Source: Oceanispirochaeta sp.
GTDB lineage: Bacteria; Spirochaetota; Spirochaetia; DSM-2461
Assembly (NCBI GenBank): GCA_963663385.2
Contig: CAXXXD010000004.1
Location: 384,001-448,000, forward strand
Direction of reading: 5' to 3'
Length of the DNA stretch: 64,000 nt
This document shows, one piece after another, positions 38,924 through 49,094 of this stretch (position 1 is its first letter; each line of letters begins with the position of its first letter). The translations under genes and the position numbers were made by a program. Under the pieces are notes generated by a model. The model was not told the DNA's origin, did no database searches, and was given only the letters and a program-made list of their open reading frames with translations.

Positions 38924-40275
38924 TTTAAACCTCCCTCAATTCTCTCCAGTTCCAGAAGTAGACAGGAATGGGGTAGGATTGTACTATTTTTTAGATCTGC
39001 CAGAGATTTATATCTTTTGTTCTGCCATATATCAATTACTGAAGCATAATTCTGTTCAGACAGCTCTTTCCGCAGGGCACTCATATCCGGCTGTATGGAA
39101 TAGTCGTCATGAAGATTAAAGAAGGCGGCATACATATTACCGTTTTCACTGTCTTCTGAGAGCCAGATCAGAGATGTGCCATTATTTAAAATCTCTCTGC
39201 TGCCCTGTCCCAACTGATTGATTCTGACTATTTTCCTGTTTGTAACAAGTTTCAGGCTGGTCTCATCAATCTGCGGAAGATCTCCTCCCAGGATAAGGGG
39301 CGAGCGGAACAGAGCCAGAAGAGTCATCAGAACCAGTTTTTCATTATCCGTAAAACGGGAATAACGGGGCTCTCCCTTGGGGCCGCAGAGGGAGAGTCTG
39401 CCGAAGGGGATCATGTCCGCATCTGGCCACCCGTGGGCTTTCCGCAGGGGGGCCCATCCCCGGCAGTAGTAGAACAGCTCTTTCAGGGATCCCCATTCAT
39501 CCCAGAAATCCTGTGTGATACGCCACATATGGCTGTATTTATCAACATGTTCCGCCTGATTGAATGAGGTCGGTCCGCAGGAAAGGCTGAGGATCATATC
39601 TCTTTCTGTATTGGCGCAGGCCCGGCCTATCGCGGCAATTTCTCTGGCGGCATACTGGTCATCCCCTGGGTTCAAACCCGGTTGAGCATGAAGGTAGGTC
39701 AGGTCATCCGCCTTGATAAAGTCCACATCCCAGGATTCATACAGGGTGAAAATAGAGTCGTAGTAGGCCTGGGATCCCTCCTTGTCCATATCCACGCCAT
39801 AGTTGTGGTTCAGCCAACGGCAGTAATTGGCAGGATCGGCGATATCCGCTGCGGTTTTATCGCTTCCCAGAATAGGGCTGTTTCTGTAAACGGCACTCCG
39901 GGGAATGCCCCGCATAATATGGATGCCGAATTTAAGTCCTTTTGAATGAACATAATCTGACAGGGGTTTGAATCCATCTCCCCCGACGGATGAGGGGAAC
40001 CGGCCCGGATCCGGTATCAGCCGTCCGTAATGGTCCATAGCCAGTTCGGGTGTGCTGCTTCCGTCTTCGGCATAAACCAGGTCGGGATTGGCTACCGCAC
40101 CCGGGTCGGGATGACTCCAGCAGAAATCAACGACAGCGTACTCCCATCCAAGAGGTTTAAGCTGTTCTGCCATAAAATCAACATTGGCTTTAAATTGTTC
40201 TTCCGTAACAGAAGAGCCGAATGCATCAAAACTGTTCCATCCCATGGGAGGGACAGGACTGATCATCTTTTTCAT
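38920..40275 (-). CDS. GH27 glycoside hydrolase (alpha-galactosidase / beta-L-arabinopyranosidase family)
   Basis: 'PPMGWNSFD', 'GLKFGIH', 'VDFIKADD', 'WRITQDFWD', 'WPDADMIP'. Start set to ATG 40275. Confidence 0.92.
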   Translation of the reverse strand: MKKMISPVPPMGWNSFDAFGSSVTEEQFKANVDFMAEQLKPLGWEYAVVDFCWSHPDPGAVANPDLVYAEDGSSTPELAMDHYGRLIPDPGRFPSSVGGDGFKPLSDYVHSKGLKFGIHIMRGIPRSAVYRNSPILGSDKTAADIADPANYCRWLNHNYGVDMDKEGSQAYYDSIFTLYESWDVDFIKADDLTYLHAQPGLNPGDDQYAAREIAAIGRACANTERDMILSLSCGPTSFNQAEHVDKYSHMWRITQDFWDEWGSLKELFYYCRGWAPLRKAHGWPDADMIPFGRLSLCGPKGEPRYSRFTDNEKLVLMTLLALFRSPLILGGDLPQIDETSLKLVTNRKIVRINQLGQGSREILNNGTSLIWLSEDSENGNMYAAFFNLHDDYSIQPDMSALRKELSEQNYASVIDIWQNKRYKSLADLKNSTILPHSCLLLELERIEGGLN

Positions 40276-40333
40276 AATTCTTTCACTTTCCGAATTGTTT
40301 TTTATTATCATGACACGGTGTTTGCAATGTGTA

Positions 40334-40371
40334 AAGCAAAATATTTGCATAAATATGAAAAATATGGTCAT
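40334..40371. promoter_or_regulatory. Two candidate LacI-family operators upstream of the GH27-ABC operon
   Basis: AAGCAAAATATTTGCAT and ATGAAAAATATGGTCAT, 21 bp apart, resembling 34470-34486. Confidence 0.5.
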
Positions 40372-40494
40372 TTTTACTATTTAAATGTTTTATTGTAAGT
40401 ATTTATGCTTTGAATATGTCTGGCTCTCAGGTAACCGATATAAGGTTGGAGAGCTCAAATAATGTGAGGAAAAGGTGGTCAAGTTGGGTTATCT

Positions 40495-40660
40495 CAGAAT
40501 TTTGAAAAGATAATCGATGTGTCTTCCGGTATGTGGTATCCTGTTTCCGAGCCGTACCGGATCAGTTTCCGGGCTTCCTCATCATTGGTGCAGAACCGCC
40601 GTAGAGGTGTTCTGTAAACATTTTCGGAGCAGCTTTGTCAGCTGTGTTTTTCTCTCCATA
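40495..40660 (-). pseudogene. Frameshifted remnant of a LacI-type effector-binding domain
   Basis: The minus strand reads '...QNTSTAV' and then, in a shifted frame, 'FCTNDEEARKLIRYGSETGYHIPEDTSII'. Confidence 0.6.
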
Positions 40661-40727
40661 ACCGGGATTGATAGGATAACGTTGATATTCGACTTACTGG
40701 ATCCTTTGAAGATACAAATATGAGTCC

Positions 40728-41618
40728 TTAATCATACAAATACTGATAGCTTTTTCTGTACTGCCCGGGAGACTGGTTGAATCTTTTGCGGAAAACCCGG
40801 CAGAAGTAGTTGAAATCATCATATCCGCATTTTAATCCTACCCGGGAAATGGGAAGCTGGCCGCTCAGGAGTAAACGGACAGCCTTTTCCATTCTCAGGT
40901 TTTCCAGATGTTCCTTGAGGGATATGCCCCGGTATTTTTTAAATTCCCTGGAAAGATGAGAGCGGTGAATACCCAGCTGGTCCGCTATATCCTCCACTGA
41001 AAAGGGCTCATGCATATGGATTGAACAGTATTGAAGGGCAAAAGCTACATTCTCATTAACATTTTCCGGATCGTTTTTTTTCCCCGGTCCGTATTTAATC
41101 GAGATCATCTGCATAAACATTCTGTAGGCGCAGCCGGATAAGAGGAATTCATCTGAGATTTTATTCAGGGAAACATGTGTCAGAATTTCCTTCAAGGATG
41201 GAATGATAACGGGGTAATCTTTCACCGGAAAAATGGGATCCCCATCTGCAAGAAGTCCTGTAATCAATCTCATAAACTCACTGCCCGAAACGCATATATA
41301 GACAAACTCCCAATAGGGGGCATCTTCGGGAAAGTAATAACGATGGTCATGGGGAATTGCTACGAGCATACAGTCTCCCGGAGTCATACGGTATTCCCTG
41401 TCTCCATAGCGGAGGGCTCCCGTCCCTTTCAAAGTTAATTGAAAAACCGCCAGAGGCTTCTCTCCCCGCTCCAAACCATGGAAGGCGTAGCCGGGCCCTG
41501 AGAGAAATTCATGACCGGCATTGGCTACTACCCCGTGCAGGTCGAAGCGCCTGATATATGGTAATACGGGTGTTTTGAAAAATGGCAGGGCTCTGAAACT
41601 CTCCAGACTCTTATACAT
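40728..41618 (-). CDS. AraC-family transcriptional regulator
   Basis: N-terminal cupin-like region and 'GYDDFNYFCRVFRKRFNQSPGQYR'. Confidence 0.93.
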   Translation of the reverse strand: MYKSLESFRALPFFKTPVLPYIRRFDLHGVVANAGHEFLSGPGYAFHGLERGEKPLAVFQLTLKGTGALRYGDREYRMTPGDCMLVAIPHDHRYYFPEDAPYWEFVYICVSGSEFMRLITGLLADGDPIFPVKDYPVIIPSLKEILTHVSLNKISDEFLLSGCAYRMFMQMISIKYGPGKKNDPENVNENVAFALQYCSIHMHEPFSVEDIADQLGIHRSHLSREFKKYRGISLKEHLENLRMEKAVRLLLSGQLPISRVGLKCGYDDFNYFCRVFRKRFNQSPGQYRKSYQYLYD

Positions 41619-41767
41619 GGTTAATTACCATATCACATATGTGCTATATTTGCAATTTTTTCCTATTTCTAAATAAGGAGTTGTGTGAGAACATGTTTTA
41701 TATAGAATAATTCTTTCCTGTAAAATCAGGAAAGAAAGTAACCGGGAAAAAGTAGGAGCGAAAAAAA

Positions 41768-43270
41768 ATGTCCTTTAAAATCGCATTTATTGGAGCAGGA
41801 AGCATAGGTTTTACCAGAAAACTGATTACGGATATACTCAGTATTCCTGAATTCAGTGACGTCCAGTTAGCATTGATGGATATCAACAAGAAGAATCTTG
41901 ATATGATTCATCAGTTGATTGCTCGTGATATTGCTAGCAACAAAATGGATAAAGTCAGGTTGGTCAGCACCACCGATAGGAAGGCAGCCTTAAAAGAGGC
42001 CCGTTATGTCATCAATATTGTGAGGATCGGAGGCCTGGAAGCCTTTGCGCATGATGTGAACATCCCCCTTAAATACGGCGTTGATCAGTGTGTCGGGGAT
42101 ACTCTCTGCGCCGGCGGGATTTTTTATGGTCAGAGAGTTATAAACTTTATGCTGGAACTCTGCCGGGATATTAAAATGTATTCGGAAGAAAACGCTCTGA
42201 TGCTCAACTATTCCAATCCCAACGCTATGGTTACATGGGCGGCCAATACCTATGGGGGCGTAAGGACTCTGGGACTCTGTCATGGTGTGCAGAATGGCCA
42301 TCGGCAGCTTGCGGATGCTCTGAAGATTCCCGAGGAGGAACTTGTCTACTGCTGTGTCGGGATTAATCATGTTACCTGGTATACCCGGCTTAATCATCAG
42401 GGGCATGAATATACGACTGATGAATTAATTGAAGCATTGGAAAATCATCCTGAATACAGCCGGCAGGAAAAGGCCCGGATTGATATTCTCAAAAGATTCG
42501 GCTGCTACTCCACCGAATCCAACGGACACCTTTCGGAATACCTTCCCTGGTACAGAAAAAGGGGAGAAGAAATCCGGGAGTGGATATCTCTGGACAAATG
42601 GATCCACGGAGAAACAGCCGGTTATCTGCGGCACTGTACGGAGAGACGGAACTGGTTTGAGGAGGATTTTCCGCGCTGGATGGAAGAAGACTCTCCCGTC
42701 TATGAAGAAGACAGCCGTTCTGTAGAGCACGGTTCCCGAATTATTGAAGCCCTGGAAACAGGACGGATTTATCGGGGGCATTTTAATGTCATCAATAACG
42801 GCACTGTGACGAATCTGCCGGATGATTGTGTTGTGGAAGTTCCCTGTTTTGCTGATAAAAGCGGAATCGCTATTCCCCGGTACGGTGAACTCCCCGACGG
42901 GCCCGCCGCCATCTGTCTCAGCAATATCTCCGTTCAGAGACTGTCTGTTAAAGCGGCACTCTCGGGAGATGATTTTCTGCTCCGTCAGGCCATGATGCTG
43001 GATCCTCTTGTCGGAGCCGTGTGCAATCCTCCCGAAATCAGTCAGATGGTCGATGAGATGCTTGTAGCCGAACAGAAGTGGTTACCCCAATATAAAGATG
43101 CTGTCAAAAAAGCGGAACAGAGACTAGGCAGGGGGAACCTGATTCCGCACAGGGATTACAAGGGCGCTGCAAGACTCGCCGTAAAAAGCATTGATGAAAT
43201 CCGGGAAGATAAAAATAAAAATCTGGATTCCTATGGAGAATCGGGTAAAAAAGCCCGGAAGATTTCATAG
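41768..43270 (+). CDS. GH4 NAD+-dependent glycosidase (MelA-like alpha-galactosidase)
   Basis: 'IGAGSIGF', 'QCVGDTLCAGG', 'NYSNP', 'GLCHG', 'GINH', 'TESNGHLSEYLPWY'. Confidence 0.92.
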   Translation: MSFKIAFIGAGSIGFTRKLITDILSIPEFSDVQLALMDINKKNLDMIHQLIARDIASNKMDKVRLVSTTDRKAALKEARYVINIVRIGGLEAFAHDVNIPLKYGVDQCVGDTLCAGGIFYGQRVINFMLELCRDIKMYSEENALMLNYSNPNAMVTWAANTYGGVRTLGLCHGVQNGHRQLADALKIPEEELVYCCVGINHVTWYTRLNHQGHEYTTDELIEALENHPEYSRQEKARIDILKRFGCYSTESNGHLSEYLPWYRKRGEEIREWISLDKWIHGETAGYLRHCTERRNWFEEDFPRWMEEDSPVYEEDSRSVEHGSRIIEALETGRIYRGHFNVINNGTVTNLPDDCVVEVPCFADKSGIAIPRYGELPDGPAAICLSNISVQRLSVKAALSGDDFLLRQAMMLDPLVGAVCNPPEISQMVDEMLVAEQKWLPQYKDAVKKAEQRLGRGNLIPHRDYKGAARLAVKSIDEIREDKNKNLDSYGESGKKARKIS

Positions 43271-43295
43271 TCTATAATAGCAAAAGGAGTTTGGG

Positions 43296-44552
43296 ATGAA
43301 AAAAGAGAAATTAGGGAAAATCCTATTGGGTCTGCTGATAATGGCAGCTCTGTCGGGATGTGAGAAAAAAGGGAGCGTAGCAAAAGAAGCCAATCTGGTT
43401 TTTTCCCACTGGAACACAAATCAGAATGAAGCAATGATCGCTGTTGCCGAAGCCTTTGAGGCTCAAAATCCCGGAGTTCGGGTTGAAGTGCAGCTGGCTC
43501 CCTGGAGCGAATACTGGACCAAACTGGAAGCGGCTTTTGTAAGCGGTAAGGCTCCCGATACATATGCTCTCCACACGAACTTTGCCGAGTCTTATGTCCG
43601 GAATAATGTTGTCCTTCAACTGGATGATTTGAAAGACTATGATTCTGATTTCGATTATGGGAACTACCCCGAAGGAATCACAAACCTTTATAAATTCGAC
43701 GGTAAGCACTATGCCGTACCAAAAGATATGGATTGTATTATCCTGGCTTACAATAAAGAACTTTTTAATCAAGCCGGTGTCGCTTACCCGGATGGCAGCT
43801 GGACCTGGGATGATATTAACGCAGCTGCGGACAAAATCACAGCCCTGGGTGATGATCTTTACGGATTCGGTGCTTACAACAACCCACAGGCCGGCTGGGG
43901 CAGTTTTATCTATCAGAATGGCGGTTATGTGATTTCCCCGGACGGTTCAAAATCGGGAATGGCCCTGCCGGAAAGTATCGAAGCGGTAAAATTCTATACA
44001 GACATGTTTCTTAATAGCGACCGTTCCCCCAATGCGGATATGTTTGCCGAAACGGACAGACGGGCCATGTTTGCCCAGGGAAAACTGGGGATGCTCCCCA
44101 CAGGGAACTGGCAGCTTACCTATTTTACGGACAACGAGGATATAAGTGATAAATTCGATATCGCCCCCCTCCCCAAAGGTGCGAAGAAAGCCACTATTAT
44201 GAACGGACTGGGCTGGGCCGGAGCGGCATCCACCAGGTTTCCGGATGAGACAAAAAAACTGATTGCCTTTATGGGATCCAGAAAGGGGAATGAGATTGCC
44301 ACCATCGGAGCAGCAATCCCGGCCTATAATGGTGTTGCGCAGATGTGGGTAGAAAAACACAGTGATATTTACGATGCGGAAATCATTCTGGAATCGTTGA
44401 AAAACGGTGTACAGTACGGCGGATCTCTGGAAAAACCCAGATGGGAGCCTGTTATGTTTGATTACATGGACAAAATTTTTCTGGGGCAGATGAGTGTCGA
44501 AGAGGGAATGAAGAAGATCGGGGAGGAAATGGATGCGATCATTAACGGATAG
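43296..44552 (+). CDS. Sugar ABC substrate-binding lipoprotein
   Basis: Lipobox 'LSGC', 'YNKELFNQAG', 'WTWDD'. Confidence 0.92.
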   Translation: MKKEKLGKILLGLLIMAALSGCEKKGSVAKEANLVFSHWNTNQNEAMIAVAEAFEAQNPGVRVEVQLAPWSEYWTKLEAAFVSGKAPDTYALHTNFAESYVRNNVVLQLDDLKDYDSDFDYGNYPEGITNLYKFDGKHYAVPKDMDCIILAYNKELFNQAGVAYPDGSWTWDDINAAADKITALGDDLYGFGAYNNPQAGWGSFIYQNGGYVISPDGSKSGMALPESIEAVKFYTDMFLNSDRSPNADMFAETDRRAMFAQGKLGMLPTGNWQLTYFTDNEDISDKFDIAPLPKGAKKATIMNGLGWAGAASTRFPDETKKLIAFMGSRKGNEIATIGAAIPAYNGVAQMWVEKHSDIYDAEIILESLKNGVQYGGSLEKPRWEPVMFDYMDKIFLGQMSVEEGMKKIGEEMDAIING

Positions 44553-45450
44553 ACCGTTAAAACGATCCCTTTATAACGACTGGTATTGGGGTTATCTTCT
44601 GATAGCCCCCACAATAATAGGCCTGATGATCCTGAATATCTGGCCTATTATTAAAACACTGCAAATCAGTTTTATGCAGGATCTGGGATTTAACAGATTC
44701 GAATGGATCGGTTTAGAGAATTATATCGATATGGCTCATACCTCCAACACCTGGAAGGGGCTTTATAACACGTTGTTCTTTTCGCTTGTTTCAGTCCCCG
44801 CGGGAGTCTTTATCTCTCTTATATTCGCCGCCCTCCTTTTTTCCGATATCCGTGGCAAGGGAATATACAGAACCATCTTTTTTCTTCCGGTAATAGTTAT
44901 TCCCGCGGCCATGGCTATTGTCTGGCGGCTCATTTTCCACAGCCGTTATGGAATCCTGAATATAATCATGATGAAACTCGGGCTCCCTGCTTTCGGCTGG
45001 ATTATCGATCCGAATATTGCGATGTTTACACTAATTTCCGTCGCGATCTGGGGAAACCTCGGGACAAGGATTATTATCCTGCTGGCAGGAATGACCCAGA
45101 TCCCCAAGTCTCTTTATGAGGCGGCGCGGATTGACGGAGCCGGTCCGGTGAACGTCTTTTTCCATGTGACCATCCCCATGGTCATACCCAGTATTTTCTT
45201 TCTGACCATTACCGGATTTATAAATGCCCTGCGGGAATTTGATACGGTTTATCTAATCTTTATGGGAACCAATGCGACTAATCCGGCCATGGATTCGGTA
45301 AGAACCCTGATGTACGAATTTTTCCGTTACGGTTTTGTCGGAACAAACAAGGGATATGCTTCTGCCATCGTCATACTGGCTTTTGCGGTGATTCTTGTTT
45401 TTACGGTTCTGCAGAATATTCTTCAGAAGAAGATTTCCCACTTCGAATAA
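44533..45450 (+). CDS. Carbohydrate ABC permease
   Basis: 'LYEAARIDGAG' and 'GYASA'. Confidence 0.92.
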   Translation: MRSLTDRPLKRSLYNDWYWGYLLIAPTIIGLMILNIWPIIKTLQISFMQDLGFNRFEWIGLENYIDMAHTSNTWKGLYNTLFFSLVSVPAGVFISLIFAALLFSDIRGKGIYRTIFFLPVIVIPAAMAIVWRLIFHSRYGILNIIMMKLGLPAFGWIIDPNIAMFTLISVAIWGNLGTRIIILLAGMTQIPKSLYEAARIDGAGPVNVFFHVTIPMVIPSIFFLTITGFINALREFDTVYLIFMGTNATNPAMDSVRTLMYEFFRYGFVGTNKGYASAIVILAFAVILVFTVLQNILQKKISHFE

Positions 45451-45463
45451 TTGTGAGGAAAAT

Positions 45464-46288
45464 GTGAAACACGCTGCTAAAAAAAACCTGATTATACACG
45501 GGATACTCCTGCTGGGCGTTTTATGGGTAATAGGCCCTTTTATATGGATGGTATTGTCATCCTTTAAAACCTTTGAGGAGATAACCCGTATTCCCATTAC
45601 AATCCTCCCGGAGAAGTGGGTTTTCCGGAACTATCCCGAGGCCTTTACATCCATACCCTTTGGAAAACTGTTTTACAATACTTTTGTCATGGCCTTTTTT
45701 CGAATTCTCTGTGCTGTCATTTTCAGTAATATGGCAGGATATGCTTTTTCCAGGATAAAATTCCCCGGACGGGATGTCCTATTTTATTTTGTTCTTTTTC
45801 AGATGATGGTTCCCAATCAGATCTTTATCATTCCCCAGTACCTGATACTGGCAAAGCTGGGGATGCTGAATACAATCTTTGCCCTCATATTCCCTGCGCT
45901 GGTCAGCGCTTATGCCACATTTCTGTTGAAGCAGTTCTATGCCACTGTTCCGGGAGAACTGGAAGAAGCGGGTATTCTGGACGGCTGTAATAAAGGAACG
46001 ATTCTATTCCGGATCTACCTGCCTCTGGCAAAATCCACCAATGTGGCTGTGGGGATATTCACTCTCCTTTTTTCCTGGAAGAACCTTATGTGGCCTCTTA
46101 TAGTTAATGGAGATTTAAACAAAATGACCCTGTCTTCGGGATTATCTGTCCTGTCGGGGCAGCATATCCAGAATCTGGGGCTCCTGATGGCCGGAGGAAC
46201 AATTACCGTTGTTCCCCTGATTATTATATATATCATATTTCAGAATTTTTTCATCACCGGTATGGCCGGTGCCGGAATAAAGGGTTAA
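45464..46288 (+). CDS. Carbohydrate ABC permease
   Basis: 'ELEEAGILDGC' and 'GMAGAGIKG'. GTG 45464 follows GAGG. Confidence 0.92.
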   Translation: MKHAAKKNLIIHGILLLGVLWVIGPFIWMVLSSFKTFEEITRIPITILPEKWVFRNYPEAFTSIPFGKLFYNTFVMAFFRILCAVIFSNMAGYAFSRIKFPGRDVLFYFVLFQMMVPNQIFIIPQYLILAKLGMLNTIFALIFPALVSAYATFLLKQFYATVPGELEEAGILDGCNKGTILFRIYLPLAKSTNVAVGIFTLLFSWKNLMWPLIVNGDLNKMTLSSGLSVLSGQHIQNLGLLMAGGTITVVPLIIIYIIFQNFFITGMAGAGIKG

Positions 46289-46294
46289 GAAGAA

Positions 46295-47614
46295 ATGAAA
46301 AAACCGAATGTTGTAATTTTTTTTACAGATCAGCAGAGATGGGATTCTCTTGGAATAAACGGTAATCCCATGGGGATTACTCCGAATCTTGACCGGATGG
46401 CAAAGGAGGGGACGAACTGTCACTACTCCTTTTCCCCGCAGCCGGTATGTCTGCCGGCCAGAGCCTGTCTTCAGACAGGTCTGTATGCTTCTCAGGTCGG
46501 GTGCAATACAAATGATGATTCCCTGGGGGAAGAGGTTCCCAAACTGGCAGAGTATTTTAATGAGGCCGGTTACAAAACAGGATATATTGGTAAATGGCAC
46601 CTCGATGGAACATCGTCCAAAGTTTTTGATAAACCCCAGGGGGGGTATCAGTACTGGCTGGCGGAAAATGTCCTGGAATTTGTCTCCGATGCCTATGAAA
46701 CGGTCCTGCATGATGGGAATGGAGAAAAAGTAACTCTACCCGGGTATCGGGTTGATGCTCTGACTGATGCGGCTATCCGCTATATTGATGATCAGAAAGA
46801 GAATCCCTTTATGCTGATGCTCTCCCATCTGGAGCCTCATCATCAGAATCACCGGGATAACTTCCCGGCGCCCTACGGGTATGAGGAGCTTTACAATGAT
46901 CCATGGACTCCTCCGGATCTGAAAGCTTTGGGAGGATCTTCTTCCCGACATCTTCCCGGATACTACGGGATGATTAAAAGGCTGGATGAATCCTATGGAA
47001 GAGTTATGGATGCCTTGAGGAGCAGAGAACTGCTGGAAAATACAATCGTGCTGTATTCAGCTGATCACGGCTGTCATTTTAAAACCAGAAATGCCGAATA
47101 TAAACGATCCTGTCATGATGCCTCTACCCGGATCCCCATGGTTTTTACGGGAGGACCCTTTTCGGGAGGCGGTCATCTGACGGATATGATAAACCTGGTG
47201 GATATCCCTCCCACCCTGCTTGACGCCTGCGGAATAACAGTTCCCAATCATATGATGGGGAACTCCCTTCTTCCTCTTCTTAAGGGGGAGAGGGAAGAGT
47301 GGCCAGAAGCGATCTATTCCGAGATAAGCGAATCCCATACGGGCCGTGTCGTCAGAACAAAGCGGTGGAAATATTCCATTCGGAAAACCGCTGAAAACAG
47401 CTATGTGGATGATTTTCTGTACGATACGGAGAATGATCCCTGGGAGCTGGATAACCTGATCGGTCTGGATGCCTATAAGGGTGTTACCGATACAATGCGG
47501 CAGAGACTGTTCAAGTATATGATGAATACCGGCCAGACTCTGCCGGAAGTCGCGGATGCTCCTGTTATCGATTCAAAGCAGAGGAGTGTATGTGAAAACG
47601 AATGGCAGGAATAG
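46295..47614 (+). CDS. Cys-type formylglycine-dependent (S1) sulfatase
   Basis: 'PNVVIFFTDQQR', 'VCLPARACLQTG', 'GKWHL', 'EPH', 'SADHG'. Confidence 0.92.
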   Translation: MKKPNVVIFFTDQQRWDSLGINGNPMGITPNLDRMAKEGTNCHYSFSPQPVCLPARACLQTGLYASQVGCNTNDDSLGEEVPKLAEYFNEAGYKTGYIGKWHLDGTSSKVFDKPQGGYQYWLAENVLEFVSDAYETVLHDGNGEKVTLPGYRVDALTDAAIRYIDDQKENPFMLMLSHLEPHHQNHRDNFPAPYGYEELYNDPWTPPDLKALGGSSSRHLPGYYGMIKRLDESYGRVMDALRSRELLENTIVLYSADHGCHFKTRNAEYKRSCHDASTRIPMVFTGGPFSGGGHLTDMINLVDIPPTLLDACGITVPNHMMGNSLLPLLKGEREEWPEAIYSEISESHTGRVVRTKRWKYSIRKTAENSYVDDFLYDTENDPWELDNLIGLDAYKGVTDTMRQRLFKYMMNTGQTLPEVADAPVIDSKQRSVCENEWQE

Positions 47615-47627
47615 CAGCGGCAGAAAG

Positions 47628-49055
47628 ATGAATATCCTTTTTGCCATTGCCGACGACGCCTCCCATTTCGGTCTATACGGGCACAAGTTTGTAAAAACCC
47701 CCTGTATTGATGAGCTGGGAGTCCGGGGCATCGTTTTTACCCAGGCATTTACCACCAATCCGAAATGCGCCCCCTCCCGGGCCAGTATTCTGACCGGAAA
47801 GCATACCTGGCAGCTTAAAGAGGGCTGTGACCATTACGGCTACTTTCCGGACGGTTTTGATGTTTATCCCGATCTTCTGGAGGATGCCGGCTATCATGTG
47901 GGCTTTACAGGAAAAGGGTGGGCGCCGGGGGATTTTGAACGCTGCGGGAGGATCAGAAATCCTGCAGGGAAAGAATACAACTGCCGAACGCTGGATCCTC
48001 CCGAAGGTTCGCTGATCACCCCCTGTGATTATGCTATGAATTTCAGGGACTTCCTGAACGAGAAACCGGAAGGCAGCCCCTTTTGTTTCTGGTATGGCTG
48101 TCATGAACCTCATAGACCGTATAAATATGGAGAGGGGAAAACGTACGGTGGCGATCCTGATGAGATGAAGGTTCCGCCTTACTGGCCGGATGAGGAACAG
48201 ATCCGTATGGATATGGCGGATTACTGCCATGAAATTTCCTGGTTCGATAGTCAGCTTCGAAAAATTCTGGAAGAGCTGGATAAAAGCGGTGAGAGGAAAA
48301 ACACTCTTGTTGTCGTCACTTCGGATAACGGGGCTCCCTTTCCACGAGTCAAAGGACAGATGTATGATGATGATTTTCGTCTGCCCCTGGTTATTGCACC
48401 GCCGGAAGGTTTCCCCGTAGGCAGACAGGTGGATGATCTGGTCAGTTTTATTGATTTTGCGCCTACTTTTCTGGAGGCCGCCGGAATTGACATTCCCCGG
48501 GCCCTGCCGGGAAACAGCTTGTGGGATATTCTGAAAGGCGGGGACAACGGTTCATCTGCCGGCAGAAGGGAATATGTACTGATGGGCCGGGAACGGCATG
48601 ATCTGGGCAGGGAGAATGATGCTGGTTATCCTGTGCGCTGTCTCAGAACGAAGCAGTATCTCTATGTCCACAACCTTAAATCGGAGCGTTGGCCAGCGGG
48701 AAATCCTGAAACGGGCTTTACGAACTGCGACAGCTCTCCCACAAAGGACAGGATTCTCAGTTTGCATGAAAATGGTGAGGAATTTTACTTCGAACTCTCT
48801 TTCGGCAAACGTCCGGAGGAAGAGCTTTATAATATTAAAAAAGATCCTCACTGTATGGAGAACCTGGCCTTTACGGAAGAAGGAAGGGAGTATTGCGTCC
48901 AATTCGGTTCGGTTCTGGAAAAATCCCTTCTGCAGTCAGGAGATCCCCGGTCTGTAGGAGTGGGGTGTGATTTTGACACCTATGATTATGTTGGCGATGA
49001 CAGGCACTCCTGGAAGGCTCTGATGGAGAACCGCTGGAAGAAGCAGCCGTTTTAG
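47628..49055 (+). CDS. Cys-type S1 sulfatase (sulfamidase-like)
   Basis: 'NILFAIADD', 'KCAPSRASILTG', 'EPHRPY', 'SDNGAPFPRVK', 'RERHD'. Confidence 0.9.
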   Translation: MNILFAIADDASHFGLYGHKFVKTPCIDELGVRGIVFTQAFTTNPKCAPSRASILTGKHTWQLKEGCDHYGYFPDGFDVYPDLLEDAGYHVGFTGKGWAPGDFERCGRIRNPAGKEYNCRTLDPPEGSLITPCDYAMNFRDFLNEKPEGSPFCFWYGCHEPHRPYKYGEGKTYGGDPDEMKVPPYWPDEEQIRMDMADYCHEISWFDSQLRKILEELDKSGERKNTLVVVTSDNGAPFPRVKGQMYDDDFRLPLVIAPPEGFPVGRQVDDLVSFIDFAPTFLEAAGIDIPRALPGNSLWDILKGGDNGSSAGRREYVLMGRERHDLGRENDAGYPVRCLRTKQYLYVHNLKSERWPAGNPETGFTNCDSSPTKDRILSLHENGEEFYFELSFGKRPEEELYNIKKDPHCMENLAFTEEGREYCVQFGSVLEKSLLQSGDPRSVGVGCDFDTYDYVGDDRHSWKALMENRWKKQPF

Positions 49056-49094
49056 CAGCTGGTATTGCACATGTTTTTACTTTGAATAAACGAA

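Noticed and set aside
40517..40723. 68-aa + strand ORF
   Set aside because: The coding signal is on the minus strand (LacI-type relic).
41634..41645. CACATATGTG palindrome between araC and the GH4 gene
   Set aside because: A single 10-bp palindrome is within chance expectation, and AraC proteins usually bind direct repeats.
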